From the NCBI GenBank assembly GCA_035221665.1, contig CM069149.1, forward strand, positions 35,402,001-35,466,000: DNA of 64,000 nucleotides, in the 5' to 3' direction. Below the pieces are notes generated by a model that saw only the letters and a list, made by a program, of their open reading frames with translations, searched no databases and was not told where the DNA came from. Both the position numbers and the translations under genes were made by a program. This DNA is from Okamejei kenojei. Taxonomy: Eukaryota. This document shows positions 1 through 10,752 of this stretch, one piece after another. Position 1 is the first letter of the stretch. The number at the start of each line of letters is the position of its first letter.

Positions 1-137
1 CCGAAATGTGTTATAACCTGTCTGTACTACCAGAAGGTGTCATTTGTGCGTGGACTTGAGTTGTTAGAAATGGAAGTCAAATATGTTCTCAACCTTATTC
101 TGCCAAACTGAAATTTGATCCAATTTCTGAACTCTAG

Positions 138-219
138 GATTCATTATTGGATTCTGATGCCCCCTCACAAAGTGCTATTGGAACACAGAAGCGTGCCCTG
201 TTGTCACTCAACACTGCAG
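138..219 (+). CDS. CAPRIN2: Caprin-2 internal coding exon (DSLLDSDAPSQSAIGTQKRALLSLNTA)
   Basis: tag acceptor ending 137, gtaag donor at 220; 82 nt, phase 0 to 1; 'DSLLD' resembles the caprin NF(I/M)Q-(D/E)S(M/V)LDF segment; phase fits the next exon. Confidence 0.8.
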
Positions 220-1176
220 GTAAGACACTCATTACACCTCTCCCTGCCAAGACTCTAATACAGCATAGTTATACAGTATTGACTTGCAATGCATGTTAAA
301 ATGTACTGGTAGTTAACCAGCCGGTGCCCATTCTAATCTAATGCACAGTTAAACTGATCTTGTTAGTCGTACAGTTGCTGTAATTATGGGAAAGTTTTGA
401 GTTGACAATTTCTAGTGCTAGCTCTCCAGCAGATTTAATGTCAGGAGTAGAGGAACAGCATCAGTATATTGCATGTGACAACTACAGTAGTAATTCTATT
501 GCAATACCAATTATGGCGTTTTTTTTTGCTGTCATCTTGACCTGATTAGATTGCATTTTTCTCCCCCATTATATTTGGGAAAACTATTTAGTTGTAAACG
601 AGCCAAAAAATGTCTCCCGCACTTCTGTTCAAAGGTACATTGGAGAGTGAAATTAGCATTTTGTATGACCACCTATTGATTTTCCACATAAATTTATCGT
701 GCTGTCTAACACTGATTATTTCTTGAATATTTGGTGGCCAGAATGTAATATTTTGTCTCTTGCAGAGAGAGCTGATATTTTGAAGTATTGTCCTTTAAAT
801 ATAAGGCAAGCTTTGGGTTGAAAATCCATAAAGGCCTATATTGATTCCAAGCTTATCTTGTTTTTCTTTCCCTTTGAATTTTTCTCACACAATTCACCAG
901 TATCTTTGATTTGTTTCAAACAGCTGCATGACCAACCTCTCCACTGAACTCTCCATTCTCCTTAACATTTAGTGACTTTTTGTTTCTTGCACTGGTCTGA
1001 TCTCCTGTTGCCTAAATGCACCTTTTTGCACCCGATTGCTTTTTGAAACCTCCTTGGAATGCATTGTTTGACTTTGCTATTCCTGCCTGTCATACTACCC
1101 CTTTTTTTTAACTTGATGCATTGCTATCCCCCTCTCCTCAATACCCTGTAATTCTCAACTATCTTGTTATTTTTAA

Positions 1177-1333
1177 CATGGATAGGTGATGTTTTGGGTC
1201 GGGACTCTTCAGAACAAAGAAGTGTCCTGATCCAAAATGTCACCTATCCATGAACTCTGGCGATGCTGCCTGACACAGCGAGTCATCCCTGCATTTTGTC
1301 TTTCCTTGGTAAACTAGCATCTGCAGTTCCTTG
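1177..1333. repeat. Degenerate palindromic Penelope-derived repeat
   Basis: CATGGATAGGTGA...TCACCTATCCATG inverted pair plus GCATCTGCAGTTCC tail shared with other copies. Confidence 0.65.
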
Positions 1334-2111
1334 ATTTTACTTTTATTTTAACGCTAAAAAAAATAAATCCTTGTAGCTGGGCGTTCACAAGACGGTACTC
1401 AAATTGATTGATGTATAGTTCTTGTGCTGGTGTGAAGCAACTTTGGTATAGTTGTATATTTAACCTTTAGAATTGCATTATTTGTTAGTATAAAATTAAT
1501 CGAGCGATTGAGCTAAATGACTAGCCTGATCACTAGTAAATGAGTTGAGTAAACTTTTGTATATTGGATTCTGATACTATTTTAAATTGAACGTTGAAGT
1601 TCAATAGACTATCTGTCTCAATGATACTGGTGCAATGTGATGAACTTGGGTACATGCAGATGAGGCCAAATTTTCCTAAACTGTGGTGTTGGGTGTTGAT
1701 TGCATTTTGTGCAGTATATTTTAAACGTTCCCAAATATCACTCGAAGGAAGTGGAGAACCAATGTTTTCATTGCCATGTCCACAAATTTTGTCATGCTAT
1801 ATTGTCATGTCCAGATGTGTTATCCAACATGCAAATGCATTATTATGGAGGAGAAATATGGCACTTGTGTACTGTACCTTTTGTCCAATGTTTGAAGAAT
1901 ACCCTTGAACACAGGAAATGTTGGCCTGCTTGCTTGTAGCAATAAGTGGAAAAGGGGTAATGAACCAATTACTATTCAGTGGTTGAAGGGCTGATGTTTG
2001 GCAGGACGAGGTCTCTTGCTGCTGTTATACGTTTTTCTTCATGAGTAACAATGTTTAGAGAATTGTTTAAATTATCTGTTCTGTCAGTTTTAACATGTTT
2101 TCTTGGTTTAG

Positions 2112-2161
2112 CTCTAAAAGAACCAAAACAAAAGACAGAAATTGTTCCATCACCATCCAAG
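2112..2161 (+). CDS. CAPRIN2: Caprin-2 small internal exon (ALKEPKQKTEIVPSPSK)
   Basis: Pyrimidine tract plus tag acceptor, aag|gtaag donor; 50 nt, phase 1 to 0, bridges the flanking exons in frame. Confidence 0.72.
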
Positions 2162-2325
2162 GTAAGACTGGTTCTATCCTTAAACTAAAGTTGCTGGAAT
2201 TGGAGACAAGTTACGTGTGGGGGGGGGGTGGTGTTGGCATTTAACATCACACTGTACATGTGGCAAATATACATGTAGATTTGACTTGCAATTTAAAGAC
2301 CAACAAACGACTCCACTGGTAGTTA

Positions 2326-2765
2326 AGGGCCTGTCCCACTTGGGCGACCTAATCCGCGAGGTCTGCCGAGTTTGCCCTTGACTCGTACTCGCAGCATGGT
2401 CGACACGAGGTCATAGAAGGTCTTTGTAACTCTCCTTCATGCTCGAGAGTAGTCCTCAACATTTTTCAACATGTTGAAAAATGCCTGCGAGTAAAAAAAG
2501 GTCGCCATGGAAAAAATCGACACTTTGTTATTCGTGGATTTAGTTGTAGTAGGTCGCCATGTTAATCGAGGGTAGTCTAAGATGGTTGTAGATAGTCTTC
2601 ATCATAGTCGAAGGGAGATCGAAAGAGGTCGTCATCATTCCACTATTCGGTGTCCAATTTCCAGAAGTTAGTCGAAGCTAGTCTTCAACATGGTCGAAGG
2701 AGGTCTTTAACATGACATTTTTTTCAAACTCTCCTAAACTCGCCAATTAGGTCGCCCAAGTCCCT
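2326..2765. mobile_element. Non-autonomous DNA transposon (PIF/Harbinger-like MITE)
   Basis: Left TIR AGGGCCTGTCCCACTTGGGCGACCTAAT; right TIR ATTAGGTCGCCCAAGT..CCCT with a small deletion; TTA on both flanks. Confidence 0.75.
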
Positions 2766-3149
2766 TTAATGTATACCGGACACCCAAGCTGAGATTTTAC
2801 CTAGCCTGTAAAAGATGTTGGGTTTTAGATATTTCTGCAATTTTGCTTCTGACTATCAATGTAGCCCTGCAAGTGCAAAAGACCATGGAGTAAAAATCTG
2901 TTCCTTTCTCAGCCTGCAACAGAATTAAGTGTCCTTGCCAATACTGGAGGTAGTTCTGGTTCTGATGACCAGTCTTCATTATCTGATTTTGCATCGCCAC
3001 AGGTAAGCTAATTTTGATAATTAAACATGGAATATATTCAGTGCTTGGTTTGAACAGCATCTATTTAAGTACACTAGAAAGGAAGCGATGTCTGTGGGGT
3101 GGTGGGCAGAGGAGATTAAATGACAAATGTTGGATTACAGATGATGGAA

Positions 3150-3281
3150 ATAGAAACATAGAAAATAGGTGCATGAGTAGGCCATTCAGCCCTTTGAGCC
3201 AGCACAGCCATTCAATATGATCATGGCTGATCATCCAAAATCAGTATCCCATTCCGGCTTTTTTCCCCATATCCCTTGATT
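3150..3281 (-). mobile_element. CR1 LINE 3'UTR fragment
   Basis: ATAGAAACATAGAAAATAGGTGC...GGCCATTCAGCCC is the reverse complement of the CR1 tail. Confidence 0.8.
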
Positions 3282-4077
3282 GTATGTTTAAAAGATGGCT
3301 TTGGTGAGTGTAATGATGGGGAATAGTTATACAGCATGGGAATGGACACTTTGGTTCCATCTTACCCAGGCTGACCATGTTGCCTACCCATGTTAGACCC
3401 ACTTGCCTGCATTTGGACCCTATTCCTCTAAACCTATTCTATCCATGTACGTCCAAAACTTGTAATTGTACCTGCCTCAACTAGTTCCTCTGATAGCTCG
3501 TACCAAACACCCACATGACAATTTCTAATCTGATAAAATAGATTCTGCCCAACATTCCTATCAAACTTGGTAATCGTTCACATTCAGTCATTAGCAAACT
3601 GATCTAAAGTTCTGAAAAAGCTAGTTGCCCTTTGCTTGAATATAGTGTAGCATTTGATTCTACTTGCTATGTTGTTTAGAACGCAAGAGCTGATACATCA
3701 GGAGGCTTCGGGTTTAAATCATCCTAAATCAAAAATTCCAAAATGCCATGTGCTTCTGATATGTACCCTCTTTCCTCGCCCTAGTTATCTGCAGAGCTCG
3801 ACACCACTGCTTCAATCTTGACCTTTGGTCCCCTGTATTTGTTAACTGGATTGAAGTTCCTCACTGGTACTTGTTTTCTGAGTTTATACATTTGTCCACA
3901 CAAGTTGGCTCTTGTGGGGAAAAATAACTCTTTAGCCACTTCATGTTCTCAACTGTCTATTTTAAGATGAGAACTTCATGGAGGTGCATCGCCCCTAGGG
4001 TGAAGTTGAAGTCGCTAAACAAGTACACTTAAGATATCTTAAGTGGTCAATGTGTATAAACTACTTTTTTTTGCCAG

Positions 4078-4191
4078 GTTTCAAGTGCACAGAATTCAGA
4101 AAATGAAGTGTTCACTACTCCACCCCAAGTATACAAAACCAGTACACCCATTACTGAATCTTTAACACACTTGTCACTGGAATCAAATCAG
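4078..4191 (+). CDS. CAPRIN2: Caprin-2 internal exon (VSSAQNSENEVFTTPPQ...LESNQ)
   Basis: ttttttttgccag acceptor, cag|gtgag donor; 114 nt open, phase 0/0; S/T/P-rich like caprin low-complexity regions. Confidence 0.8.
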
Positions 4192-4992
4192 GTGAGGCTT
4201 TTGTTTTTTTTCCATCTGAAAATTGGAATTGTTGAATTTATTTAAACTACATTTGTACAACTGTATAGTTAAAGCTGTCAGAAACCTCATTTACTTAATT
4301 GTTCATAATGCAAAATGTTCGAGGAAATGTGTAGTTCTGAAATAATCATTGGGAAAATCTATTTTAATCATGATCAATACTGATATTAATGGAAAACTGT
4401 GCACAATTATGTTTTTTCCAGCTCCGATGGGATAAGATAACTTGAATGTGAAATGACCAAAATAACAAAATACGGATAATACAGGAGATAATATGCTTAA
4501 CTTGTACAGTGAGAAAATTGTTGGAAGAATTCAGCAGTCAAACTACATCCATGGAAGGAAACCAATATTTCAGTCAGTGACCTTTCATTATAGCCCCATT
4601 GAGCAAGGGTGGCTGTCTCAAAACATGAACTAATTTCTTTTTCCATGGATGGTGCTTCGCTGGCTGAGTTCTAGCATTGTTTTTATTGCAGTGCGTGGAA
4701 TTAAAGGGAGTATTTTGACTACAATCTGATCATGTTTTGTGTATTGATTGTGCAATTAATAAACATTGCCACTTCAACTGTCTATTTCAATCTGCTTATT
4801 GCAAATATCAGACTTATTGCAATCTGCTTTAAAAACCAGCCAGGCATTAAATTTGCTGGTTGTATGTTTATGGTCAGTATGGACTAACTTCCTGCATGTT
4901 GACAGTTAATTGCTATAATCATCTGGATTGGAAACTAATTTACTGCTGTCTATTGGATTCACTATTCCTTGTCTTATCAATTCCACCACCAG

Positions 4993-5124
4993 ACCTCTTT
5001 GACCAATGACCAGACTGCCTCAAGCACAGCAATAACGCCAGCATCCCAAGGACCGGTGCTTCAGACTCCAGTCAGCACTTCTCCAATTAGTACAAAGGCC
5101 ACACCTTTTCAGTCTATGCACACT
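4993..5124 (+). CDS. CAPRIN2: Caprin-2 internal exon (TSLTNDQ...KATPFQSMHT)
   Basis: cag acceptor, gtaagt donor; 132 nt; ends in PFQSMHT, matching the caprin HR2 PFQSMQT-VF motif. Confidence 0.88.
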
Positions 5125-5180
5125 GTAAGTGACTTGAGACTGATTTAATCTTTGACATGGTTGACCTCTTGTTGCCCATC

Positions 5181-5475
5181 TTTAGACTTTAGAGGTACAG
5201 CACGGAAACAGGCCTTCGACCCACTGAGTGTGCATCGGCCAGCAATCCCCGTACCCTAACACTATCCTATATACCAGGGACAATTTACAATTTTACCGAA
5301 ACCCATTAACCCACAAACCTGCACCTCTTTGGAGTGTGGGAGGAAACCGGAGCACCTGGAGAAAGCCCATCGCGGTCACAGGGAGAACATACAAACTCTG
5401 TACAGACAACACCCGTCATTAGAATCGAACCAGAGTCTAGCGCTGTAAGGCAGCAACTCTACCACTGCGCTGCCC
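5181..5475 (-). mobile_element. HE1-like tRNA-derived V-SINE
   Basis: Reverse complement of tRNA-like head (GGTTCGATTC B-box), V-domain GTTCTCCCTGTGACC...GGTTTCCTCCCACACTCCAAA and CR1-type tail. Confidence 0.82.
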
Positions 5476-5963
5476 GAGGCCATTTATGTATGGTGGATGG
5501 CATCTCCATATTTACATACTTCCTAGAGGGAGGAATTGGAAGAAGGGCATTGATTCAGGATCACCACGTAAAACGAGTTGAGTTGGCATTGGCACTCCCT
5601 ACTAGCTTGCCAGTACAGGAAGAGAAATTGTAAAATAACTTGATGCTGGTTTAAAAGGAAAGTTGTAGTCATTTTGCAAGTTACTTTTTTTATTAAGGTA
5701 AATTAGGCCCAGTTTTGCCAGGCTTTTTATCAGACTCCTGAATGATTGAGTTTGTTATTGTGCAATTTCACAGAGGATGCTGAGTGGAATGTAGAATTGT
5801 TAATGATATTTGGCATGATCCTTTAAAGGAAATTGGTGAACATCCAAAAATGGAATAAGGATGCATTGATTTGTCGATACATTTGCTTTAATGAAAATAT
5901 GGGCAAGATTTGAATATGAATTAGATGTCCATGTAATTTAAAAAGAGGTTGACATTTACTTGG

Positions 5964-6190
5964 TGTAAGAAGGAACTGCAGATGCTGGTTTAAACCAAAG
6001 AGACATAAAGCTGGAGTAACTCAGTGGGTCAGACAGCATCTTTGGAGAAAAGGAATAGATGACGTTTCTGGTTGAGACACTTTCAGATTGAGAGCCTGAA
6101 GAAGGGTTTTGACCCGAAACGTCACCTGTTACTTTTCTCCAAAGATGCAGTCTGACCCGCTGAGTTACTCCAGCTTTTTGTATCTCTTTG
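5964..6190. mobile_element. Palindromic (head-to-head) Penelope-derived repeat with hammerhead-like core
   Basis: Two inverted copies of the same unit; + strand CTGAAGA-A-GGGT(TTTG)ACCC-GAAA-CGTC at 6096-6123. Confidence 0.78.
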
Positions 6191-6746
6191 ACATTTGCTT
6201 GGTCAGGAGGCACTTCTGCAGCCTCAGCAGTAGAGGGAGCATGCTTTGTGATACTTAATGTATTTTTCCAGGCATTGGGCAGATTTTCCACAATGGCAAT
6301 CCAGACTACTGTTAAAGAGCAACTAATATTCTTTTCCATTGTGTCCGGATTAGGTGTTTTTAACAAGAAAACCACTTTGATTATTAGAATTGTACTGTAA
6401 GCCTTTTATAACCTGGAGCTTAATACAGTATTGCCAGTGTAGCTGTTTGCCTTTATTGCATGTTTCATGCTACAAATGCAAGTTGTTTTAATGAATGTAA
6501 ACCTCCAACCACTGTAACCAAAAGTAATGATATCCTTTCTACAGGTATTTAATGGTCCCGTGTGTTTCAAACCATTCTATTCTTATTGTAAACAAGACTT
6601 CTGTTTAATTTTATCTGGGTCCTTGATTCAAAACATCTAAAGATGTGTTGTCCAGAATAGAGCTGGTGTTTTGGCAATTGGATTTTTTTGTTTCATGCCA
6701 GTTATTTTATTTGAACTTTATTGCTAACATTTGCAATAATATGTTG

Positions 6747-7278
6747 GAATTTCCTTCCAACCTAAAATTCAAAATGTGATGGAATATTTGGATTCAGTTT
6801 GATTTCAGCTCATCTGTTAAGAACAATTCATGAGTTTATGCCTCGTTATAACCTTCCCCTCAGCCAACAATAAACCATTCTACATTTCCTTTGGACCTTT
6901 TCTAATGTTCTTTTTCTGAGATTGAATCTGAGCAATTAACAAATTGTACATCAACTGTCGTGTTTTGACAATTTTGAAGAGGGATTATAGGAAAGAGGTG
7001 GGCTTCAATCACTATTGTATCAGCGAGGTTTTGGAGAAGCTTCCAGTGTTTGAAGTGGTTTTCTAATGTGTCTGGTCAGAGGAGAGGGAAACTAGAGATA
7101 TGGAGGGGTAAGGTGTGAAAATGACATCAAAGCAGATTATGCTCAAGGAAATGTAGAATGGTTCATTGTTGGCTGAGGGGAAGGTTATAATGAGGCATAA
7201 ACTCTTAACAGATGAGCTGAAATCAAACTGAATCCAAATATTCCATCACATTTTGAATTTTAGGTTGGAAGGAAATTC
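6747..7278. repeat. Long inverted repeat (arms 6747-6891 and 7145-7278)
   Basis: Arms are complementary over about 134 bp, with about 2 mismatches and one 11-nt indel by manual alignment. Confidence 0.92.
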
Positions 7279-7406
7279 TGAGCATTAAAGGCATTGGGGA
7301 TCCTGCTTAAAATGTCCAGCGTTTTAGGTCTAACTTAAAGTTTTAAGTCTAACTTTAAAAAATGATTTGTGGTGAGGTGTAGTTAATTTAATGTGTTCTC
7401 TTGCAG

Positions 7407-7593
7407 GTGTTCAAGGTTAATGCGCCCTTGCCTCCACGTGTTGAGCAGCAGGAAGTGAAATCTGAACGCTCTTATTCTCCTGTCTACAACCAAAGTTTGA
7501 TAACTGCTAGTACTCAGACACCACCTCAGTCCACCTCTCTGCAGTCTTCACATCTAGTGGAGCAAAATGCACTGACACAAGATTCTTTAACAG
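7407..7593 (+). CDS. CAPRIN2: Caprin-2 exon, HR2 region (VFKVNAPLPPR...YNQSLITASTQTPPQ...)
   Basis: ttgcag acceptor, cag|gtaag donor; VFKVNAPLPPR and TASTQTPPQ are caprin-2 motifs; phase 0 to 1. Confidence 0.93.
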
Positions 7594-7658
7594 GTAAGAC
7601 AATTGCACAATTGAAGCTTGCTATTGGAAGTGTACCTGAACATCTTGACAATCTTTGT

Positions 7659-7923
7659 GTGGCACGGTGGCGCAACAGAGTTGCTGCTTTACAGTGCCAG
7701 AGACCCAGGTTTGATCTTGACTACAGTTGCTGTCTGTATGGATTTTGTATGTTCTCCCTGTGACCTGCGTGTGTTATCTCCAGTTTCCTTCCACATTCCA
7801 AAAACGTACAGGTTAATTGCCTTGGTATAATTGTAAATTGTCCCTAATATGTATAAGATACTGTTAGTGTGTGGGGATCACTGGTCGGTGGGCCTGTTTC
7901 TGCGCTGTACCTCTAAACTAAAC
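7659..7923 (+). mobile_element. HE1-like V-SINE
   Basis: GGCACGGTGGCGCA head, V-domain, tail GGGCCTGTTTCTGCGCTGTACCTCTAAACTAAAC. Confidence 0.82.
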
Positions 7924-8054
7924 ATTTTCTTGTGTCAAGGAATACCAATATTTCCAGGTTTAAAGTGGTTGATTGTATCGAGTTGATGCCTTGTGATCAT
8001 CTTTGTCCTTGTAAACTAAAGATGATGTAGTCATTTATTGTTTTTTCCAATCAG

Positions 8055-8240
8055 AAGAAACTACATCTGTTGCCAATGGAACTCCGATCTTTTTAACTCA
8101 CAATCAGCAAAATACTTTACCAAGACCAAATCAAGCCTACTTTGGGAGTAGAAATGCTGGACGGGGAACCGCACGAGGTGGAAGAGGAATTGGTAATGTT
8201 TACCGTGGCTCGAACAATGGATACAAAGGTGTACAAATAG
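8055..8240 (+). CDS. CAPRIN2: Caprin-2 exon with RG/RGG motifs (...PRPNQAYFGSRNAGRGTARGGRG...GYKG)
   Basis: tcag acceptor, tag|gtaagg donor; 186 nt, phase 1/1; RGG-rich caprin RNA-binding region. Confidence 0.88.
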
Positions 8241-8486
8241 GTAAGGTTAAAAATATAAATTGAGTTTGATAGGGGGAAAAAAGGCTTTTCTTGGGGAAAT
8301 TAGGCTAGAGCTAGTTGGGGTTTAAATGAACCACATCCTCTAGAATTCCTATACAGGTGACCTCAATATACCTGTTTTAGGTAAGTTTCTCCTTTACAGA
8401 ATTCACCAATCACTACCAAAAAAATTTGAGGTACAAAATACCATTTGTGCTCGGAACTACTTGGGAAACCTGTTTCTTAATGCGAG

Positions 8487-8617
8487 TCTGAAGAAGGGTT
8501 TCAGCCCGAAACATTGCCTATTTCCTTCGCTCCATAGATGCTGCTGCACCTGCTGAGTTTCTGCAGCAATTTTGTCTACCTTCGATTTTCCAGCATCTGC
8601 AGTTCTTTCTTGAACAC
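8487..8617 (+). mobile_element. 131-bp Penelope-derived insertion beginning at a hammerhead-like core
   Basis: CTGAAGA 8488-8494, stem GGGTT/AGCCC, GAAA; flanked by 12-bp direct repeat TCTTAATG(C/T)GAG at 8475-8486 and 8618-8629. Confidence 0.75.
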
Positions 8618-9286
8618 TCTTAATGTGAGGTGCTTGATGCAGGAAATCACAATATTAAAAACATTTTAAGGCACCCCTTCACCCCCAGCCACTGTAGCCC
8701 AGCGGTTGTTGTTATTTTTGGCTAAAAAAAAATATCACTTTCTACATCTGTCACTTGTCAATTTAACAAAATCAGATTGCCATGAACACTTGCATCTGCG
8801 TCATTAAGGCATAAATGCATAACAGAACGGTACCAATTAAAACAGTATTTTGGGAGGAAGTCTAACGACATGAGGTGGTTGAGTTGTTACTGATCTCAAT
8901 GGTATGGATAAATGTTTCAGCAGCAGATGAGGGGATTGTTCAGAGTTGAGGTTAATGTTGGTGGATAGTGGACAGTATTCAAATGCAGATTGGTTAGAAG
9001 CTAGCATTGAGCGAAACCAATATCATGAATAGTATGATTTGGCCTAGGATAGTTTACAAAGGAAAAGATAACTTTGGTGGCCTTGAGATGCTTGCAGATA
9101 ACTAGACCAGCTGCTGCTGCCTTCACTGCAGTCTTTGGAACTCTCCCCTTTTCTGAAGTTAGTATTTGCCTTGAGTTAATCTTGCTATACATTTTTTGGC
9201 TGTATTGCTGTTTTTGTGTTTGCTGTTCTTCCGTTTAAGGTGAAACAAATGGTGGAATCTGTTCATATCAGGAGTTGCCAATGCTT

Positions 9287-9400
9287 TCTGAAGAAAGGTC
9301 CTGACCCAAAACGGCATCTGTCAATTTTCTCAACAAATGTTGCCTTGCCTGAGTTCTGGCACTTTTGCTTAAGATTCCAATAGCTGCAGATTTTTTTTGC
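9287..9400 (+). repeat. Degenerate Penelope-derived repeat
   Basis: CTGAAGAAAGGTCCTGACCCAAAAC variant plus decayed tail. Confidence 0.55.
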
Positions 9401-9446
9401 TACATTTGTACCAATGACAGGAAATACTGAGCAGGACAAATTGGAG

Positions 9447-9700
9447 AATAATAATAAATGTATTTGTATAGCACATTTAAAAACAACTCTCATTTAACAA
9501 AGTGCTTCACGTCAGTGCAGGTACTAATTTGATACATACAACGGTAGACAGACCCAACAATACATACATAAACTGTTTACAGCTCTCCCTCGGAGGGGCT
9601 CAAAAACGCTCGGGAGTAGAAATGGGTTTTGAGTCGTGACTTAAAGGAGTCGATGGTGGGGGCAGTTCTGATGAGGAGTGGGATGCTATTCCACAGTCTA
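9447..9700 (-). mobile_element. L2 LINE 3' end
   Basis: Minus strand: W-N-S-(I)P...SFKSRLKTH, then AAGCACTTTG...AAATGTGCTATACAAATA tail with ATT repeats. Confidence 0.7.
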
Positions 9701-10303
9701 TGGTCCATATTGATATGTTTAGAAGTTGCGAATGGCTGATTTGGTCTTGGTCAGCTTGCAGAGAAGAGGGGTGAAGTTGGTGGCTGTGATGCCTGCAGCT
9801 AATTGTCCAGAAACAATTAACGTTTCAGTTTAACCTGTTGCCAGATCCAAGAATTTGGATGCCAGATTCTCGTCACTGAGCTACTTAATCAGCTGAGTAT
9901 TTCTTGCATTTTATTTTTACTTTATATTGCCCGACTTCTGTGATTTGAATTTAAATCAGTCCAAAACATCACTTTTAAAATCTTTGACACAAAATGAAAC
10001 AGACATTGCATAAATGTACAGTTTTTTTGAACCCATCAAGAATTCTAATAGACTAGCTTTTAAAGTAACATGAACAGTATTCCATAAATTTGCTGGTGAA
10101 TATATGTCGGCCATGATCAAAAGGCAGAACAGATTCTGGGCTGAATGGCCTAATTATGCTCCTACATCTTGTGATCTAATACTCGTATAATAAATGTGTT
10201 CACCATTATCTTTAAAGATGTGGATGCAAAAAAACATTTGACTGACTTGAGCCCTTCAGAAACATGTGAAAAAAAACTCCATCTTTTGCATCCTTGATGC
10301 TTA

Positions 10304-10611
10304 TGGGCATGTCCCACTTGCGCAACTTTTCCGATGACTGCTGCCCCTGTTATAGGTCGCCGAAAATCATGTTGAAAATCCAGCAGCGACCAGAACAAAG
10401 TATGACTCTTTGGGTGACTACTCACGATCATACAGGCTTCACCCTGCAACATGTTGCCGGGGTGTTGCCTGCATGGTCATGAGTAGTCTCCTCAGTCGCC
10501 CAAAGAGTCTTACCGTCTTTCTGGTCGCTGCTGGATTTTCAACATGTTGAAAGTTTTCGGCAACCTGCAGCAACCTATAGCTGAAAAAGTTGCGGAAGTG
10601 AGACGGGCCCA
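10304..10611. mobile_element. Palindromic Harbinger-like MITE
   Basis: TIRs TGGGCATGTCCCACTT / AAGTGAGACGGGCCCA, TTA TSD, interior largely self-complementary around TGCAACATGTTGC. Confidence 0.78.
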
Positions 10612-10657
10612 TTACTGTATTCTACTTGGAACTTGAATCCTTGTTTTCTTTCACTAG

Positions 10658-10752
10658 GATATGATGGATACAGAGGAATTCCAATTCCTGCCAATGGATC
10701 TTACGGACCATTCCCAAATAGAGAATATGCAGGGATGCCATACACACCAAGG
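10658..10752 (+). CDS. CAPRIN2: Caprin-2 exon (GYDGYRGIPIPANGSYGPFPNREYAGMPYTPR)
   Basis: ctag acceptor, agg|gtaag donor; 95 nt, phase 1 to 0; GYDGYR caprin motif. Confidence 0.92.

Noticed and set aside
1594-1939. Intronic ORFs of 79-104 aa (representative of many short track ORFs)
   Set aside because: No recognisable homology, no supporting splice signals, often non-ATG starts; consistent with chance.
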